A stretch of 64,000 bases of DNA from Cenococcum geophilum (taxonomy: Eukaryota): contig CP158635.1 in the NCBI GenBank assembly GCA_050273025.1, forward strand, positions 7,626,001 through 7,690,000. Direction: 5' to 3'. A program made the position numbers and the translations under genes. Below are positions 13,150-27,531 of this stretch, piece by piece (positions within the stretch are counted from its first letter, which is position 1; each line of letters opens with the position of its first letter). Under the pieces are notes generated by a model. That model saw only the letters and a list, made by a program, of their open reading frames with translations, made no database searches and was not told where the DNA came from.

Positions 13150-16100
13150 TATTAGGCCTTCTTAGAGCCCTTAGGTATTTACCCCCTATAGCGTTAACTA
13201 TACTATAGCTTGGGTTTATCTTGCCTAAGTCAGCCTCTGTACCTTTAACTCTTATTTACCTCTTTAGTGTTAGTCCAACTAGTATTATATTGTAGTAGAT
13301 AGTTTTCTAGCGTTCTTATATGTTCTACTTTAGCTCCTTTCTCTATCTTATTATTGTCTTTACTAACCTCTTATACATCTCCCTTCCTCCTCTATATAGG
13401 CCTAGGCCCTAAAGCGGCACCATTTTTCTTCTACTTTCTTTACCTATTTCTCTAATATCTCTTCCCTACTTTAGGGTTATTAGTTTATTCTCCTATAGGG
13501 CACCCTAGGGTCCCTCTATAGTTTACTTAGGCGTGTCTTAATGTACTTTATAATATTAGAGTTATGTTTATTTTACGTTCTTTATATTATAGCGGCTTTA
13601 ATATATAACTGTAGGGGGGGAATATTAGATTCCTTCTTAAGTAGTACTATAGCCGTTTGCTTGTACCCGCCTGTGATACTCTAAAGGTAGGCTATTTGGA
13701 CCTTTTAAAGTAGTTTAAGGAGTAATTTAGGGGGGCCCTTTTTAGTTTCTCTAATGGCCTAAATACTAGATCTATATATTATGGTTGGCCAGACGACTGC
13801 TGTATATAGTAGGCGTAACCTCTAAAAGTATAGACCCTATATAGAATTAATAATCCTAGATAAAGTAATAAACTATACTTGGCCTTTATAGGCCGCTTAC
13901 GCCGCATATACGCTCCACTAGAGCTTACTATCTACCTATACTCCTAATACCCTTAGGCCCTAAATTGGTTAACCCCCAAAGCCTTAAATACAAATTATAT
14001 ACTAGAGATCTATAGATTAGTTGCGTTTTCTTATAAAATAGATTAGCTAGTATTTCTCTAGTAAGAATTAGACTCTATAACGTTTTGCCTATTCTATATA
14101 AGTATTATAGGCTTTCTCTAGTGTTCTGCAATTCTCTACGGCTATTAGCCCGTATATAATTAGGTTTGTATTATTAATAAAGCCTATCCCCTAGGTCGCC
14201 CCTTCCTTAAAGAAGTCAAGTAGGTTACTTATAAAGAAAAGGAAGAGTATAGGCGAGAGGGGTAATCCTTATAGTATTCCTGTTGTAACTGCGATAGGGG
14301 GGCTCTAGTATCCGCTAAAAACCAATAATGTTTCTTTCTGGCCTATAAACCCTTAAACAAATTATATAATCCATTCTAAGAAGCCCTTTACCCTAAGGAT
14401 ATATAGGAGACGCTTGTGGGGTATATTATTATAGGCACCACTAATGTTTAGGCTAAGCATTAATACTATAAAGTCCTTTTACATCGCCTATATAGATTTA
14501 ATGGTAGCAGTAAGTAGCATAAGTGCTAATAGTGTTAAGTGGTTCTTTCTTGCCCCTATTTAGCTTTATAGTAGTAGGGCGTGTTCCTCTACTATATCTG
14601 CTATATGTTCCGCTATTACCCTTTTTAAGATCTTACTAAGGGTGTTTTCTAAGGCAATAGGGCAGTAGCTTCCTAGGATTAAGTAATCTGCTTTACCTTC
14701 TTTTTATAGAATAACCGTTATTATAAATCTTCCAAATCGTAGGTAGTAGCCTATAGTAAAGTATACTCTAGCTATATCTGCAAGCTAAGGTGCTATAAGT
14801 AGCCTATAGGTTTTTAGGGCCTTATTTAGAATCCTATCTAGTCCTAGTACTATATTATTTAAAAGGCGGCTAATAGTTCTAGTCATTTCCTCTGTTATTA
14901 TATCGCTATTAACCTATAGGCAAGTTACCGGTGTTTCGCCCGTAATATTACTAAGGTCTACTAAAGCCAGTTAGGGGAAGAACCTTTCTATAAGGATCTT
15001 TACCTTCTTATCGTTATCGTTTATAGCCTATAATTCTCCTACTCTTTATAGGGGTAGTAGGTGTAAGTCTTCTACTAGGCGCCCTGCCTTTTTCTTTACC
15101 CATTTCGCTATAGCCTAAAGGCCCTTATTATAGGGGAGGCTTAGGTTAAAAGTATACTTGTTTATAAACTATCTCCAGTTATTCCTTACTTCTTTTTTTA
15201 GGGTATTCTTTAGCTAGTTTCTTATATCTTTGTATCGTCTCTCGTCTTTAAGGTTGTGGCTACTTATATATTTCCTTCTTACTTATTGTTAGCTAGTAAC
15301 TAGAACTGCGTATTATATAAACTATATGTATCGCGTATAGGGGCCCAGTTTTAAGATCAGGTAGTACTCTTTTAGCCCATTTTTAATCGCTGCCTAGATC
15401 CTTTCTAGTTTTTAGTTAATTTCCTTAGGGGTGGCCAATAAGCCTTGCTTGTTTAGTATTAGGTAGATTTCTTCTAGGTCTTAGAGTTATTATTTAACTG
15501 CATTAAGGAAACTGTCTATCTTAAGCTTCCTTATTACGTATCTTTTTCTATTTAGTTGCGCTTTAGTATCTAGGTCTAGCTATATCTAGATAGGGATATA
15601 GTCTAGGGTAAGTGCCTATTCTTCTTTAGGGTTATACCTTTTAAGTCTCTAGTATAGGCCTTCGTCTATAAATATAAGGTCAATTATACTTCTAGCGGTG
15701 CCTCATTGCCATATAATTGCTCCTAGGGGGGTGGCTAGCTTAAGGCCCTAGATATTTATAGCTCTTAGTAGGCACTCTAACTGTTAATCTACAGTAATAT
15801 AAATACCCCCCTACCGCGGGTAGTAGAGGTTTATATCTCCTAGTAGAATAGACTCTATACCTTTAGTTTCTAGTAAGCTTATTACTAATATAATATTCTC
15901 TATTTATGGGACCCCTTTAACCCTAGGGTTATACACATTAATAATTTATACCGGTCCCCTATATATTTAGATTGTTATAACTATAATATCTAGGTTAACT
16001 GCCAACTATAACTATAAGGATAGGCTAATAGCCTTACTAATTATAAAGCACACGTATATAGCTACTTTTAGTTTATATAGGAGCTAGAATCCTTAGGGGC

Positions 16101-16250
16101 AGTATATTAATTATATAAAGGTATTATAATACGGTTCTTATATAGTAAGGATATAGTATTTCTCTAGGTCTAGACTATCTAGTAGGGGCCTTATAAGGCG
16201 GTGGTTTATATTACCGTAGTTATACTATATAATAGATAGGTGGCGGACCC
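13150..16250 (-). pseudogene. LINE ORF2: AP endonuclease, reverse transcriptase and C-terminal Cys/His motif
   Basis: APE GDINLYYPR*GG (~15808-15842) and VIDL (~15676-15690). RT YCPIALENTLSKIL (~14627-14668), LNISGAYNNIPH (~14415-14452), GIL*GLPLSPILFLF (~14237-14282) and GFINNTNLI (~14160-14185; xVDD). Confidence 0.92.
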
Positions 16251-17436
16251 CTAGCGAGGGTCCTTTAACTCTCCTTCGTTCTTTGCTTCTTCTATTTTTA
16301 CTTTCTCTAAAATATTTGGAGCTTCTATCTCTTATATCTATACCCTAGTTACTACTTATTTTATATAGAGCTTTCCATTCCCATATCTTATATTCCTGTT
16401 AGCGCTTCTATATCTAAATCTATTATTATTACCAGTTCTTCCCCTATTCTTACTAGTCGGCTATATACCCTTTATAGGTCGGCTGCGAATGTTATATTTA
16501 CCGTATTAAGTCTAATTCTTAATTATCCTAGTCTTAAGCCTACTATTACTGTCTATAGGGGTCTTTTTACGGGGCGTCCTCTCCCTTATGTCCCCTATAA
16601 CCCTTATATCCCTAATTAGTCTAGTAATATTACGCGGCGTTACTTCTAGCCTATTAAGGCTTGGGATAGCTAGCCTAGCCCTCCAGTATTAAAGGTAGGA
16701 AACGCTAGGAAGGCACCTACGTCCCCCTAGCTTATCGCCTATTATTTCCATTTATATAACCTAGCATATAGTTATTCCCGCAGCTATTAAGCCCTTACCT
16801 TCTATCTCCTATATTTAATACAGTCTTCCCTTTCCCACGCCTTATATATACTTTGGTGGCAGTTCGCGTATTTTATTTAGTTTTAATTTAAGTAATGTCT
16901 CGTATTGTAGGGGCCTATATAGTGGTCGCAGCACACCTATACTGCGTATATAGATCAGGTGTGTCCCCATTATATACAGCGATAGTATTATTTTAGGTAT
17001 AGTCTATAGTTATAAAGCCTTGTGTTATATATAAGGCCATTTATAATTATTCCTTTTTGGATAAGGAGTTTTTGCATTCCTAGTGTATATATACTAACGA
17101 TAAGGGAGCCATATATTCGTCCAGCGTCTCCCTAGTAAGTCTCCGGCGACTCTTATATCCTCTTATTATTCTTATTATATACTTAGTTTACATTTTCCTA
17201 TTAAAGCTATTAAATTTAGGTGATTTTAAGTCTTAATATAAGGCGTTCCGTTTATCTTACTATCTCCTATATAATTGCTATATTATCTGCCTCAGGGTTA
17301 TTAATAATATTTTTATTCATTGCTTTATAACGATATATTCATTCATAAGGAGTGATAATAATTAAATATTTTGCCATCCCTTATAAATGAATATTTATAT
17401 AATTATGAATATATATAGAGGGTTGGGCTAGTAAAA

Positions 17437-20400
17437 TGTCATAGGACGGGGCAGTGGCTATAAGACGTATGTATTTAAGGAGTCTATAAGACGTTACGCG
17501 ATCGATCGTAAGGGTCGAGGGCGTAAGGGGGTAATATACCTACGCGTAGCTGATATAAGCTGTACGCGAGGTGTATGCAAGAGCACGGGGCTCTCCTATG
17601 GAGGCCCCTGTGGTGGGGTTCCGTGACACTACCCCCCCTCCTATAGAGGCGGAGCTCTGGTGACGCTATGGTTACTATATATATATAGAAGGGACACTTA
17701 GGGTATAGAAAAGAAGAAAGGGGGGTATTACTAAAGGCTTAAAACAACGTTATATAATAAGGCTTGGCATCTAAGAATCTGACTAATTAAATAACTTTAA
17801 CCGCCAGTCAAAGTTCCTGGACATCTTAACAATATTCCAGTCACGTGATTGCACTTTACCGCAATCTAACGGCAATCTAACGGCAATTTGCCCCTACGTG
17901 GTAATGTATAACGGTTTAACTCTATAAGGGCTCCTATAGAGGATTAGGTATAAAATCTCTGCTTAGGCCCAATTTCTGTAGGTTCGCGTAGTAAAAGTCG
18001 CTAATTAGATCCTTTGCATTTTTGAAGTCTTCCTATAGTTACCATTCTGGCTAATTTATGTTAAATCCTATGTATATAGCTCTGTAGTAGAGCCGTTGTC
18101 CTCTGCCTTTGCTAAAGTATTTAGAGTTAATAATTCGTTTAACGGTCTACTCCTTATGGTTCTTGTCTTCGTTCTCGTCTCGGATTAATACTAGTGGGGG
18201 TTTAGGCTATATCTACTCTAGTAAGGGGTTAGGCTAGTAAAGGTGTAGTAGCTATGGGTGAAATATAGGCTATATTCCGCGGGTGGCTAGGGCAGGTAGA
18301 AGCTCTAGCTCGTATACGGCTTCCCTATTAATGACTTATTTAATTAGGTAGGGGCTAAGGTTCTTATAATTAAGTGACTTTATAGGCCTCTGTATAGAGA
18401 TATTATGTGTATTTAGCTATACTTAGTCGCCAACACATATCTCCGGTGGTGGCGTTTTATAATAGTTGGCGAAGTAGGCCTGCTTTACTTAAGCCTAGGC
18501 CATTTCTCCCTTGCAGTAGTTAAGTAGATTTTTTATACGGTCTATATGCTGGTCGGTAAGTAGTATCTTAAGGCGTTTTCTATATAGCAGTTTCTTATTA
18601 ATAGGTTCTGGTGGTTTTATGCCGGATTAGGGGTAATATCCCTTGTTCGCGAAGAACGGGGTAAGTCCTGTAGTAGTTAAGACGTAGTTATTTGCTGCGA
18701 ATTTACCTAGTGGGAGGTGATCTACCTAGTTATTTTAACTATAGGCGACTACCTGTTGTAGGTATGCTTTTATGCTAGCATTAGCGTTTTCCGGTTGCCT
18801 AGCAGTTTTATAGTAGAAGGATATAGACATCTTAACGGAGATGCTAAGGCGTTAGCAGATTTGTCTCTATATATTAGAGCCGAACTATATGCCTTAGTCA
18901 GACGTAATCGAGTTAGGTAACCTATATAATTAGTAGATTTCGCGGAGGAAGGCGTTAGTAACGTTGCTAACGGCTACGCCTTTAGTTGGGACGTAGTGGC
19001 GCTCTTTTATAAGTTGGTATATTATTATAAGGATGTTCTTATAGGTACGGCTATATCGCTTATAGGGTAGTAGGTTAACAACGAAATCTATGGCGATATC
19101 TGCCTATCGTTATATAGGTACTGGTAGAGGGTGTAGTAGTCCTTAGTACTTTATATTAAAGGCCTTAGCGCGCTTATAACTGTAGTAGGCGCCTATAAAG
19201 CGTTCAACTAAGTCTATTATTTTAGGCCAGAAGTAGTATCGGCTAAGAAGCTTATAGGTTCCTCCTTTACCTAGGTAGCCGCTTAATTGGAGGTTGTAGG
19301 CCATTTAGATTAATTGCTGTTGTAGATTTTCTAAGTTAAGGACGAATAGACGGCCTCTATAATAGAGCCTGTTCTCTTTTACTTCTAAGGCTGCTATATT
19401 AATCTGGCCTAAGCTTTGAAGTTTAGTTGGTAGTATATGGGCGCTAGCGGTCTTTGCGGTAATAAGTTAATACAGTAATAGGTTAATAGAGGTGTTATAT
19501 GCCGTAGTAATAAGCTTATTGATTTTGGGAGGTAATTCTAGTTCTATAGTGTGGAGCTAAGATATAGTTAGCTTTATTGTAGGTAGTATACCTAGGGCCA
19601 AATTCCGTACTTTTAGGATTATCTGTTGTTGGAACTGGTTATAGGGGTTATCTTTGGACTAAGGAAGGTCTTATAAGCGGCGTATTAGGCTATTAGGCTT
19701 AGTACCTTATACTCCTAGCCTATATATAATTTTAAAGTTAAAACTAGAGAGGAACTCGTTCTAGCGTACTTAGTGTTAGTTTAGCTATTTTATAGTTATA
19801 AAGTACTTAAGGTTGCGATAATCCGTAAGGACTTTAGTTAGCTAGTTAGGTTCTACTAAGGAGAGTTCTAGTTAGAATTCCTTAAACGCTTATATAATCG
19901 CGAGAAGTTCCTTATTATAGATCTTATAGTTATATTCTTATAGTGTAAGCTTAGATGAATAGAATACGACTAGGTAGAGGAAACCGTTGTCGCCCATCTA
20001 AGAAAGGACCCCTGCGTTAACGTGGTCTAAGGAGTTAGTCTTAAGATAGAGTTGTTGTCCTAGTATGAAGTAAGCTAGGATAGGTGCTTTGGTAAAAGTA
20101 TCTTTAAGGTCTTAGAACGCCTTCTTATATTTAGGCGTCCAGATAAAACGTAGATGTGTTTTTCTTCCTTTTATAGAAAGGCCCTTTATTCGCATTATTG
20201 CTATAAGTGGTGCTATAACACCCGAGAAGTTATATATGAATTTTTAATAGAAGTTGGCGAAACTAAGGAAAGCTTATACGTCTTTAATGCAGTTAGGGGT
20301 TTACTATTTAGTAATTATACGTACCTTCTTAGGGTCTATACGGACACCTTTAGTAGTAACAATTAGTTTAAGGTATTTTACTTCTATAACTAAGAATTTA

Positions 20401-23400
20401 TACTTCTTTAAATTAATATAAAGTCCTGCGTCCCTAAGGCGCTATAAGACCTTTTAAACGTGCTCGGTATGCTTAGAAGGGTTATTGCTGTAAATAAGTA
20501 TATCGTCTAGGTACGCAGAGCAGAAGTCGTTAAGGTAGTCCCGTAAGGCGTTATTAATATAGCTTTGGAAGCTGCCTAGGCTGTTATATACGCTAAAGGG
20601 TATAACGGTATATTTAAATTGGCCAAAGCGCGATGCGAATGCGGTTTTCTATTTGTTACCTTCTTATATTTAAAGGCGGTTAAAGGCGGCGATGATATTA
20701 AGCTTAGTATAGATTTTAGCTTGGCTAAGCCGCTTAAGAGTCTTATATATAAGCGGTATAGGGTATTAGTTCTTAATTATAATAGCGTTAAGTCCTTTAT
20801 AGTTAATATAGAATCGAATACCTCCTCCTAGCTTCTTAGTAAGGAGGATGGGGGCGGCTGCTAGGGATATGCTGGGGTGAATAAACCCTTTATTAAGGTG
20901 TTTGTTGATATACTTTTTAATAACTAGAAGTTTGTCTTTTAATATTAGGTAGGGTCTCTTATAGGGTGGCGTTTTTCCTTATTTAATATTAATGGCATAG
21001 TTATTAGGTTAATATAGGGGGAGTGTATCTGCGTTCTTTTATAAGTATACATTAATAAAGTTATAGTACCTTTTAGGGAGGAGCTTACGGAGTTCCTCGT
21101 TGGTAAGTCCTTTTTTAAGCTTTATAAACTTCTTAAAGTCTAAAGGTGAAAGTCCGTAGAGTTCTGTGGGGGCATTATTTTCTAAAAGGTTAACTATGTC
21201 TATCCTGTTACTATAGAGGACGTAGTTCTATTCTTTATTAAGCTTATATAGTTATAATTGGGAGGCTGCGGTAACGGTCCAGCCTTTCCTATATACTATG
21301 CGGTAGAAGGCCGCGGTACTTATGTAGTAGTAGTTAGTCGTAGGTAGGGTAATAAGGGGTTTCTTAGGTTAGTATCCTGGGGAGTAGATAGAGGCGGCTA
21401 GGCTATGTCCTAGGCAGGTTTCTCTATAGTATTTAGAGTTAAAGGTTACTTCTCTCTTTTTTTAGTTAATGGCGGGGTTGTGTTATTTAAGCTAGTTTAT
21501 TCTGAGGATAATAGGGTAGTTAGTAAGTGGTATAATATAGGCCCAGAGTTCTTCCTGGTGCCCATTTATATCTAGGTAGAGTTGTGCTATATAGGTAATC
21601 TTCTGTGTGGTATAACTACTATTGGCGAGTTATAGGGCGCGGGCTTTGGTAAGGGGTAAGGTAGGTAGGTTATAAGTGCGTACGAATTAGGTATTTATAA
21701 ATTTATTAGTAGCTCTGCAATTAATTATAGAACGGCTTTTATATTATTTTTTAGCAGTAGTTCCTATTACGGGTAAAACTATCTATTTCCGTCTATTTAT
21801 CTTTACTAAGTTATCTATTAAGTAGGCCGATATATAGATCCCCTTATTATTAGGGCGTCCTAACCTGCGACTTAGGGCTGGGATTTGGCGTTTTCCGTTT
21901 CCGTATCTAACTCTACTACTATTACTACGTCTTCATCTTATACAGTAGTGGCACATAGCAATATATTTAGTATTTAAGGTACTAGGTTAGGTGTTAGGCG
22001 GCGGCTGCTAAACCTAGCTATTAGGCAGTTTAGGCTATAGCTATAACAGCCTTTTTAATAATATCTATAGTAACGCTTTAGCTTCTAGAGTAGCTCGCGT
22101 TCTCCGTCTAGTAGCTTCTACGGAAAGGTTAGTATAAAAAGGTCGATATTAGGACCAGTAGTGTTGCTTAGGGTAGTAGGCGTTGGTGGTTTAGTAGGTC
22201 CGGAGGGCTTCTATAGGGAGGTCTTTAGGTAGGGGTTTGCAGTAGCGATCTAATTTAGTTGTCGTTTAATCTTCCGTATAGCTGCTACTATATTATAAAC
22301 ATTATTATAGTTATGGCTGGCGGCTGCGTGACTAAGGTAATAAGTGACTTTTTTAAGGAGATCTTCCTAGTCTTTAGTATCATCTTAGGTAAGGGCTTTA
22401 GTGTATTCCTAGAATTTAATATAAAACTCGTTAAATAATTTGGTAGGGCTTATCTTTAGGGCATATAGTTTAGCTCGGTTGGTGGCTAGTAGGTTATAAT
22501 CGCGGTATATTAGGTCGAGATTGTTAAGGACTTCTTAATAGGACTGCCACTTTTGGGGGCTATTAGTCTCCCATCGGGCAAAGAGTCTGTTAAATAGTAT
22601 ACCCTTTATTCGCCCGATAATGTAGCCAATCTTAGTGTCTTCTGTAGGAAAAAGGCAGGCGCTCTAAGTTAGTTTCTCGCGGATTTACATCTTCTAGTGG
22701 CTGTATTCTTTGCGGTCTCCCTAGAAAACTAGAGGATTAGGGTAACGTGTATTAGACCCTATAGTAGCAGCTTAGGTTCGGTTGTTATAGCTTTTATTAT
22801 TGCTTTAGTAGGGGTTTCCGTTAAGTAAGGCTGCTTAGCGCTAACCCTCTGTTAAGTATTAAGTAGGTGAAGTTGCTGGGGGCGTAGAGACTTAAGTGGC
22901 GTTATATATAGTAGAGAGGTGTCTAGCGTTATTACGAATGTGCTTATTAAGCTAAGATTATAGGTATTTAATTATGCCTTCTCTTTTAGTGATTGTAGCA
23001 ATAAGTATAATCTTAGCCTTCTTTAACTATTGGACGTCGCGTTTAAACACGCAAAGGTTATTTTTAGTTTCTTAATGTGTGTTATCGGCGAGCGCCTTAT
23101 AAGCTTATAGGTCTTAGATGATATTATAATCTTAGGTAGTACGCATCTCGGCTCATATAAGCTTTAGGTAGTAGTTCTGTAGAAAGCGGTAGTATTTATT
23201 AGGTTCTTATGCTACCATTTTTATAAACGTCTCGGCGTCTTATATTTTAATTTTAATAGGTAGTAGCCCTTCCGCTTGCTTGTCCGTAGTTGTGTAGTTA
23301 ATAAAAGATAAGATATTATTAGTGTCCATCTCCTTAAGGGTTAAGGCTAGGGCTAATAAATTGAATTCTCCTGGGATTAATTGGCGTTATAGGTTGAGTA

Positions 23401-23780
23401 TAGGTATTAGATTATTCTTTAGGTTTAATATAGTAGCTAGTAAGAAATATTATCTTACTATTATAGGTTCCTTAGAAGTATAAAGTGAGGTAACTCATAG
23501 GCACGCTGCTTCTGGTAGCGCCTATAGTATTGCAGAGACATAGAATTGGTCGTAGGCTGGGTGTTAGTGGTAAAAAGGTATAACGTAATATTATGGGACG
23601 GGGCAGTAGCTATAAGATGTATGTATTTAAGGAGTTTACAAAACGTTACGCGATCGATCATAAGGGTCGAGGGCGTAAGGGGGTAATATACCTACGCGTA
23701 GCTAATATAAGCTGTATGTAAGGTGTATGTAAGAGCACGGGGCTCTCCTATGGAGGCCCCTGCGGTGGGGTTCCGTAATA
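17437..23780 (-). mobile_element. full-length Ty3/Gypsy chromovirus LTR retrotransposon
   Basis: 192-bp LTRs at 17437-17628 and 23589-23780. PPT (gagggggggtag on the minus strand) at 17629-17640. Flanks taaaa/taaat (4/5 match). Domain order gag, PR, RT, RH, IN, chromodomain. Confidence 0.95.
17910..23329 (-). pseudogene. Gypsy gag and pol (PR, RT, RNase H, integrase, chromodomain) pseudogenes
   Basis: RT FCSAYLDDILIYS (~20487-20525). RH TNSLDHVNAGVLS (~20000-20040). IN GYLGKGGTY (~19255-19280) and PVPI*R*ADIAIDFV (~19081-19125). Chromodomain E*TVKRIINSKY...PEW*L*EDFKNAKDLISDF (~17993-18152). Gag Cys/His knuckle at ~22020-22075. Confidence 0.92.
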
Positions 23781-25090
23781 TAAATATTAAGCCGTCGGAG
23801 TACTTAAAGTTGTGGAAAAAAGGATAAGTTATATAAGGCTAGGAGGAGAGAGCTGCTAGTGAATGTTTAGGGGGGGTAGAAGGGGGGGTAGAGAGGGGGT
23901 AGAGGCCTCTAAGGAGGCATCAGCCCTATTGATTTAGTGCCCCACCATGCTAAGACTGGTAATACCGCCTATATCTAAGATATCGTAATTATTCATTCAT
24001 ATCGCGATATTTTGGTTAGCTTATGAATTAAATACGATATTAGGCCTATTTATTCATTTATTTATCATTAACAACCCTAATCTACTTAGCGTCCCTTTTT
24101 TACCCTAAGGCTTATAGGAACCGCTAGGACTTTAACTAGGTAATCCTTACAAAGTACTTTTATACCAATACGTTCTTCTAGCCTATCCCCTACCCTTATA
24201 GCTTGTTCCTTTACCTATTAGTCCTTTAAGGTAACTCTAATATCTCCGCTCTTAAGGTGTTGGACTATAATAGCGTTATAGACCTCTTTATATATCTCTA
24301 TAAGGACTTCTATTTCTAATTATCCCCTAAGCCCCTCTACTTATTCTATATTTAGTTATATTATAATTATATACCTAGTTATTAACTTAAGGGGGGTGGG
24401 TTCCCTATACTATAAAAGCGTAGCTATAGCGGCCTAGGTGCGGTTCGCCGGTAAGAGGGAGTTATACTTATTTTTAATTTTGCTTAGCTATTAGAGGATT
24501 TAATTAAGGGTTTACTAAAGGGGCGCCTAAGGTTTACTAGACTAGCGAAGCCATTCTACTAGCTGTATTAGTTTGTTATAGCTAACGGTTACTCCCCCAC
24601 AGTTTTAGATACTAGACACATCTAATAGGCTTTATATTTTATTAGATACCTTCTTAATAAAGGTATTTCCGCTTTATAGTATAGTATTCGCCCGTCTTTA
24701 TTATAAAGGGCCATTGCTAGGCGTAGTTCTAGCGGTCGCGCGCGAGTATAAGCTACCGTCGTTTAACGTATACCTCCCCTGCGATGCATGCATCTTAGGG
24801 GAATTCTCTAGGTGTTTTTTAGGGTTCTTTTAGTTAGTTTTAGTCTTTTTAGGCCGGGTATAGCAAGCAGGTAGTTATATAGTAGAGTTTAACGTACCTG
24901 CTTATCTAAGCCTCTACCCTAGTTTTCTAGTAACGGTCCTAAACCTCTAAGCACGAGGGCCTAGAGGGGCTTTCTATAAACAGTTAGCTGCCACTACCAA
25001 TAACACAGGGATTCTTATCAGTTCTTTTAGATATCTTATAATGGGTTTTATTAGCCTAAGTACTAGTCCGCCCCCTAGCGGTCTATATAA

Positions 25091-27531
25091 TAATAATAAT
25101 TCATTACTTAACGTCCGATTTAGATCCCTATTAGGCCCACGCGGACTACTCCTTATTTACATATAGGGAGAAAACTCTATTTAAGAAAAATGAGAAAACC
25201 CCATAATCCATCTCCCCGCCTTTTAGGACTCGCCTACTTAGCGCCTATAAGTCGCCTATAGTGCTCTACTACCTTACTATTTAACCTCTTTAGGAACCAC
25301 TGCTGCCGTAATAAGCCTATAGACGCGCTAGTATTATAAACTATTACTCTACTACTGTAGAGTTACTAGGGGGCACCTACTGCTCGCCCCCTTACCTTCT
25401 ATTACTATTTCCCTTGCAACCCGGAACTAATTTAGCATATTTTAACTAATAAGCCACTAGGTAACCGCCTTAAGGCCTTTTTATATTAAGAGTAGTATAT
25501 TATAGTTCTCTATACTAGCTGCTAAGAGCATTATTTCTTAATTAGTGCGTAGGGGGCATAGCAGTATTACGTGTTTTAGTATCTGTCTTAGCTAGCTATA
25601 TTCGCATCTTAGGCTACCTACTAGAACACCCACCCAGTAAAGCCAATCTTTTAGTCCTATTATTCCTATTCTTAAGAGTATTGCTATTATATTTTCTACC
25701 TTTATTAGGCCTTTTCGGAGCCCTTAGGTATTTACCCCCTATAGCGTTAACCATACTATAGCTTAGGTTTGTCTTGCCTAAGTTAGCCTCTGTACCTTTA
25801 ACTCCCATTTACCTCTCCAGCGTTAGTCCAACCAGTATTGCATTACGGTAGATGGTTTCCCGGCGTTCTTACGTATTCTACTTTAGCTCCTTTCTCTATC
25901 TTACTATTGTCTTTACTAACCTCTTACGCGTTTCCCTTTCTCCTCTATATAGGCCTGGGCCCTAAAGCAGTACTATTCTTCTTCTGCTTTCTTTACCTGT
26001 TTCTCTAATATCTCTTCCCTACTTTAAAGTTATTGGTTTATTCTCCTACGGGGCACCCTAGGGTCCCTCCATAGTTTACTTAGGCGTGTCTTAATATACT
26101 TTATAACATTAGAGTTACGTTTATTTTATGTTTTTTATATTACAGCGGCTTTAATATATAACTATAGGGGGGGAATATTGGATTCCTTCTTAAGCAGTGC
26201 TATGGCCGTTCGCTTATACCCGCCTATAATACTCTAAAGGCAAGCTATCTAGACCTTTTAAAGTAGTTTAAGGAGTGATTTAAGGGGGCCCTTCTCAGTT
26301 TCTCTAATGGCCCAAATACTGGATCCATATGTTATGGTTGGCCGGACGACTGCTATATATAGTAGGCGTAACCTCTAGAAGCATAGACCCCATATAGAGT
26401 TAACAATTTTAGATAAAGCAATGAACTGTGCTTGGCCTTTATGGGCCGCTTACGCCGCATATACGCTCTACCAGAGCTTGCTGTCTACCTATACTCCTAA
26501 TACCCTTAGGCCCTAAACTAGTTAACCCCTAAAGCCTTAAATGCGAATTATATGCTAGAGATCTGCAGATTGGTTGCGTTTTCTTATAAAATAGATTAGC
26601 TAGTATTTCTCTGGTGAGAATTAGACTCTATAACGTTTTGCCTATTCTATATAAGTGTTATAGGCTTTCTCTAGTATTCTACAATTCTTTACGGCTATTG
26701 GCCCGTATATAATTAGGTTTATATTATTAACAAAGCCTATCCCCTAGGTCGCCCCTTCCTTAAAAAAGTTAAGTAGGTTGCTTATAAAGAAAAGGAAGAG
26801 TATAGGCAAGAGGGGTAATCCTTATAGTATTCCTGTTATAACTGTAATAGGGGGGCTCTAGTATCCGCTAAAGACTAGTAATGTTTCTTTCTAGCCTATA
26901 AACCCTTAGATAAATTGTATAATCCATTCTGGGAAGCCCTTTGCCCTAAGGATATACAAAAGACGCTCGTGGGGTATATTATCGTAGGCACCACTAATGT
27001 CTAGGCTAAGCATTAATACTATAAAGTCCTTTCGCATCGCCTATGCAGATTTAATAGTGGCAGCGAGTAGCGTAAGTGCTAATAGTGTTGAGCGGTTCTT
27101 TTTTGCCCCCATTTAGCTTTATGGTAGTAGGGCGTATTCCTCTACTATATCTACCATGCGTTCCGCTATTACCCTTTCTAAGATCTTATTAAGGGTGTTT
27201 TCTAAGGCAATAGGGCGGTAGCTTCCTGGGATTAAGTAATCTGCTTTGCCTTCTTTTTATAGGACAACCGTCGTTATAGATCTTCCGAGTCGCGGGTAGT
27301 AGCCTATAGTAAAGTATGCTCTGGCTACATCTACAAGCCAAGGTGCTATAAATGGCCCACAGGTTTTTAGGGCCTTATTTGGAATCCCATCTGGTCCTAG
27401 TGCTATATTGTTTAAAAGGCGGCTAATGGTTCTAGCCATTTCCTCTGTTGTCATGTCGCTGTCGACCCGCAGGCGAGTCACCGGTGTTTCGCCCGTGATA
27501 TCACTGAGGTCTGCTAGAGCCGGTTAGGGGA
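25091..27531 (-). mobile_element. 5'-truncated second copy of the same LINE, inserted in the 5' region of copy 1
   Basis: Collinear with 12540-14978. (TAA)n tail. TSD tagcggtctatataa at 25076-25090 and 27532-27546 (its end is ambiguous with the tail). Carries only RT and the 3' UTR. Confidence 0.95.

Larger units (their letters stand above)
17293..24079. mobile_element. non-autonomous hAT-type element (~440 bp without the Gypsy)
   Basis: TIRs cagggttattaataata / tatcattaacaacccta (consensus CAGGGTTGTTAATGATA). 8-bp TSD atctgcct (17285-17292) / atctactt (24080-24087), differing only by RIP-type changes. Subterminal ATTCAT/ATGAAT motifs at both ends. No transposase. Confidence 0.85.
16260..24900 (-). 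pseudogene. LINE ORF1 (gag-like), split by the hAT/Gypsy insertion
   Basis: CCHC knuckles *YYRCI*WGHT*SIY..CCDHYIGPYNTRHY (~16890-16990) and an N-terminal NRT*AAIAT motif (~24418-24447). The start is uncertain. Confidence 0.75.

Noticed and set aside
12930..13208. Hydrophobic 92-aa ORF (and ORF 25614-25808)
   Set aside because: These are chance frames in the LINE 3' region. RIP biases codons towards L/I/Y, which mimics membrane proteins.
20154..20831. Two 70-aa plus-strand ORFs
   Set aside because: They are antisense to the Gypsy RT/RNase H.
23848..23905. G-rich tract (and the C-rich tract at 56445-56535) as functional G-quadruplexes
   Set aside because: These are low-complexity purine tracts with no further support.
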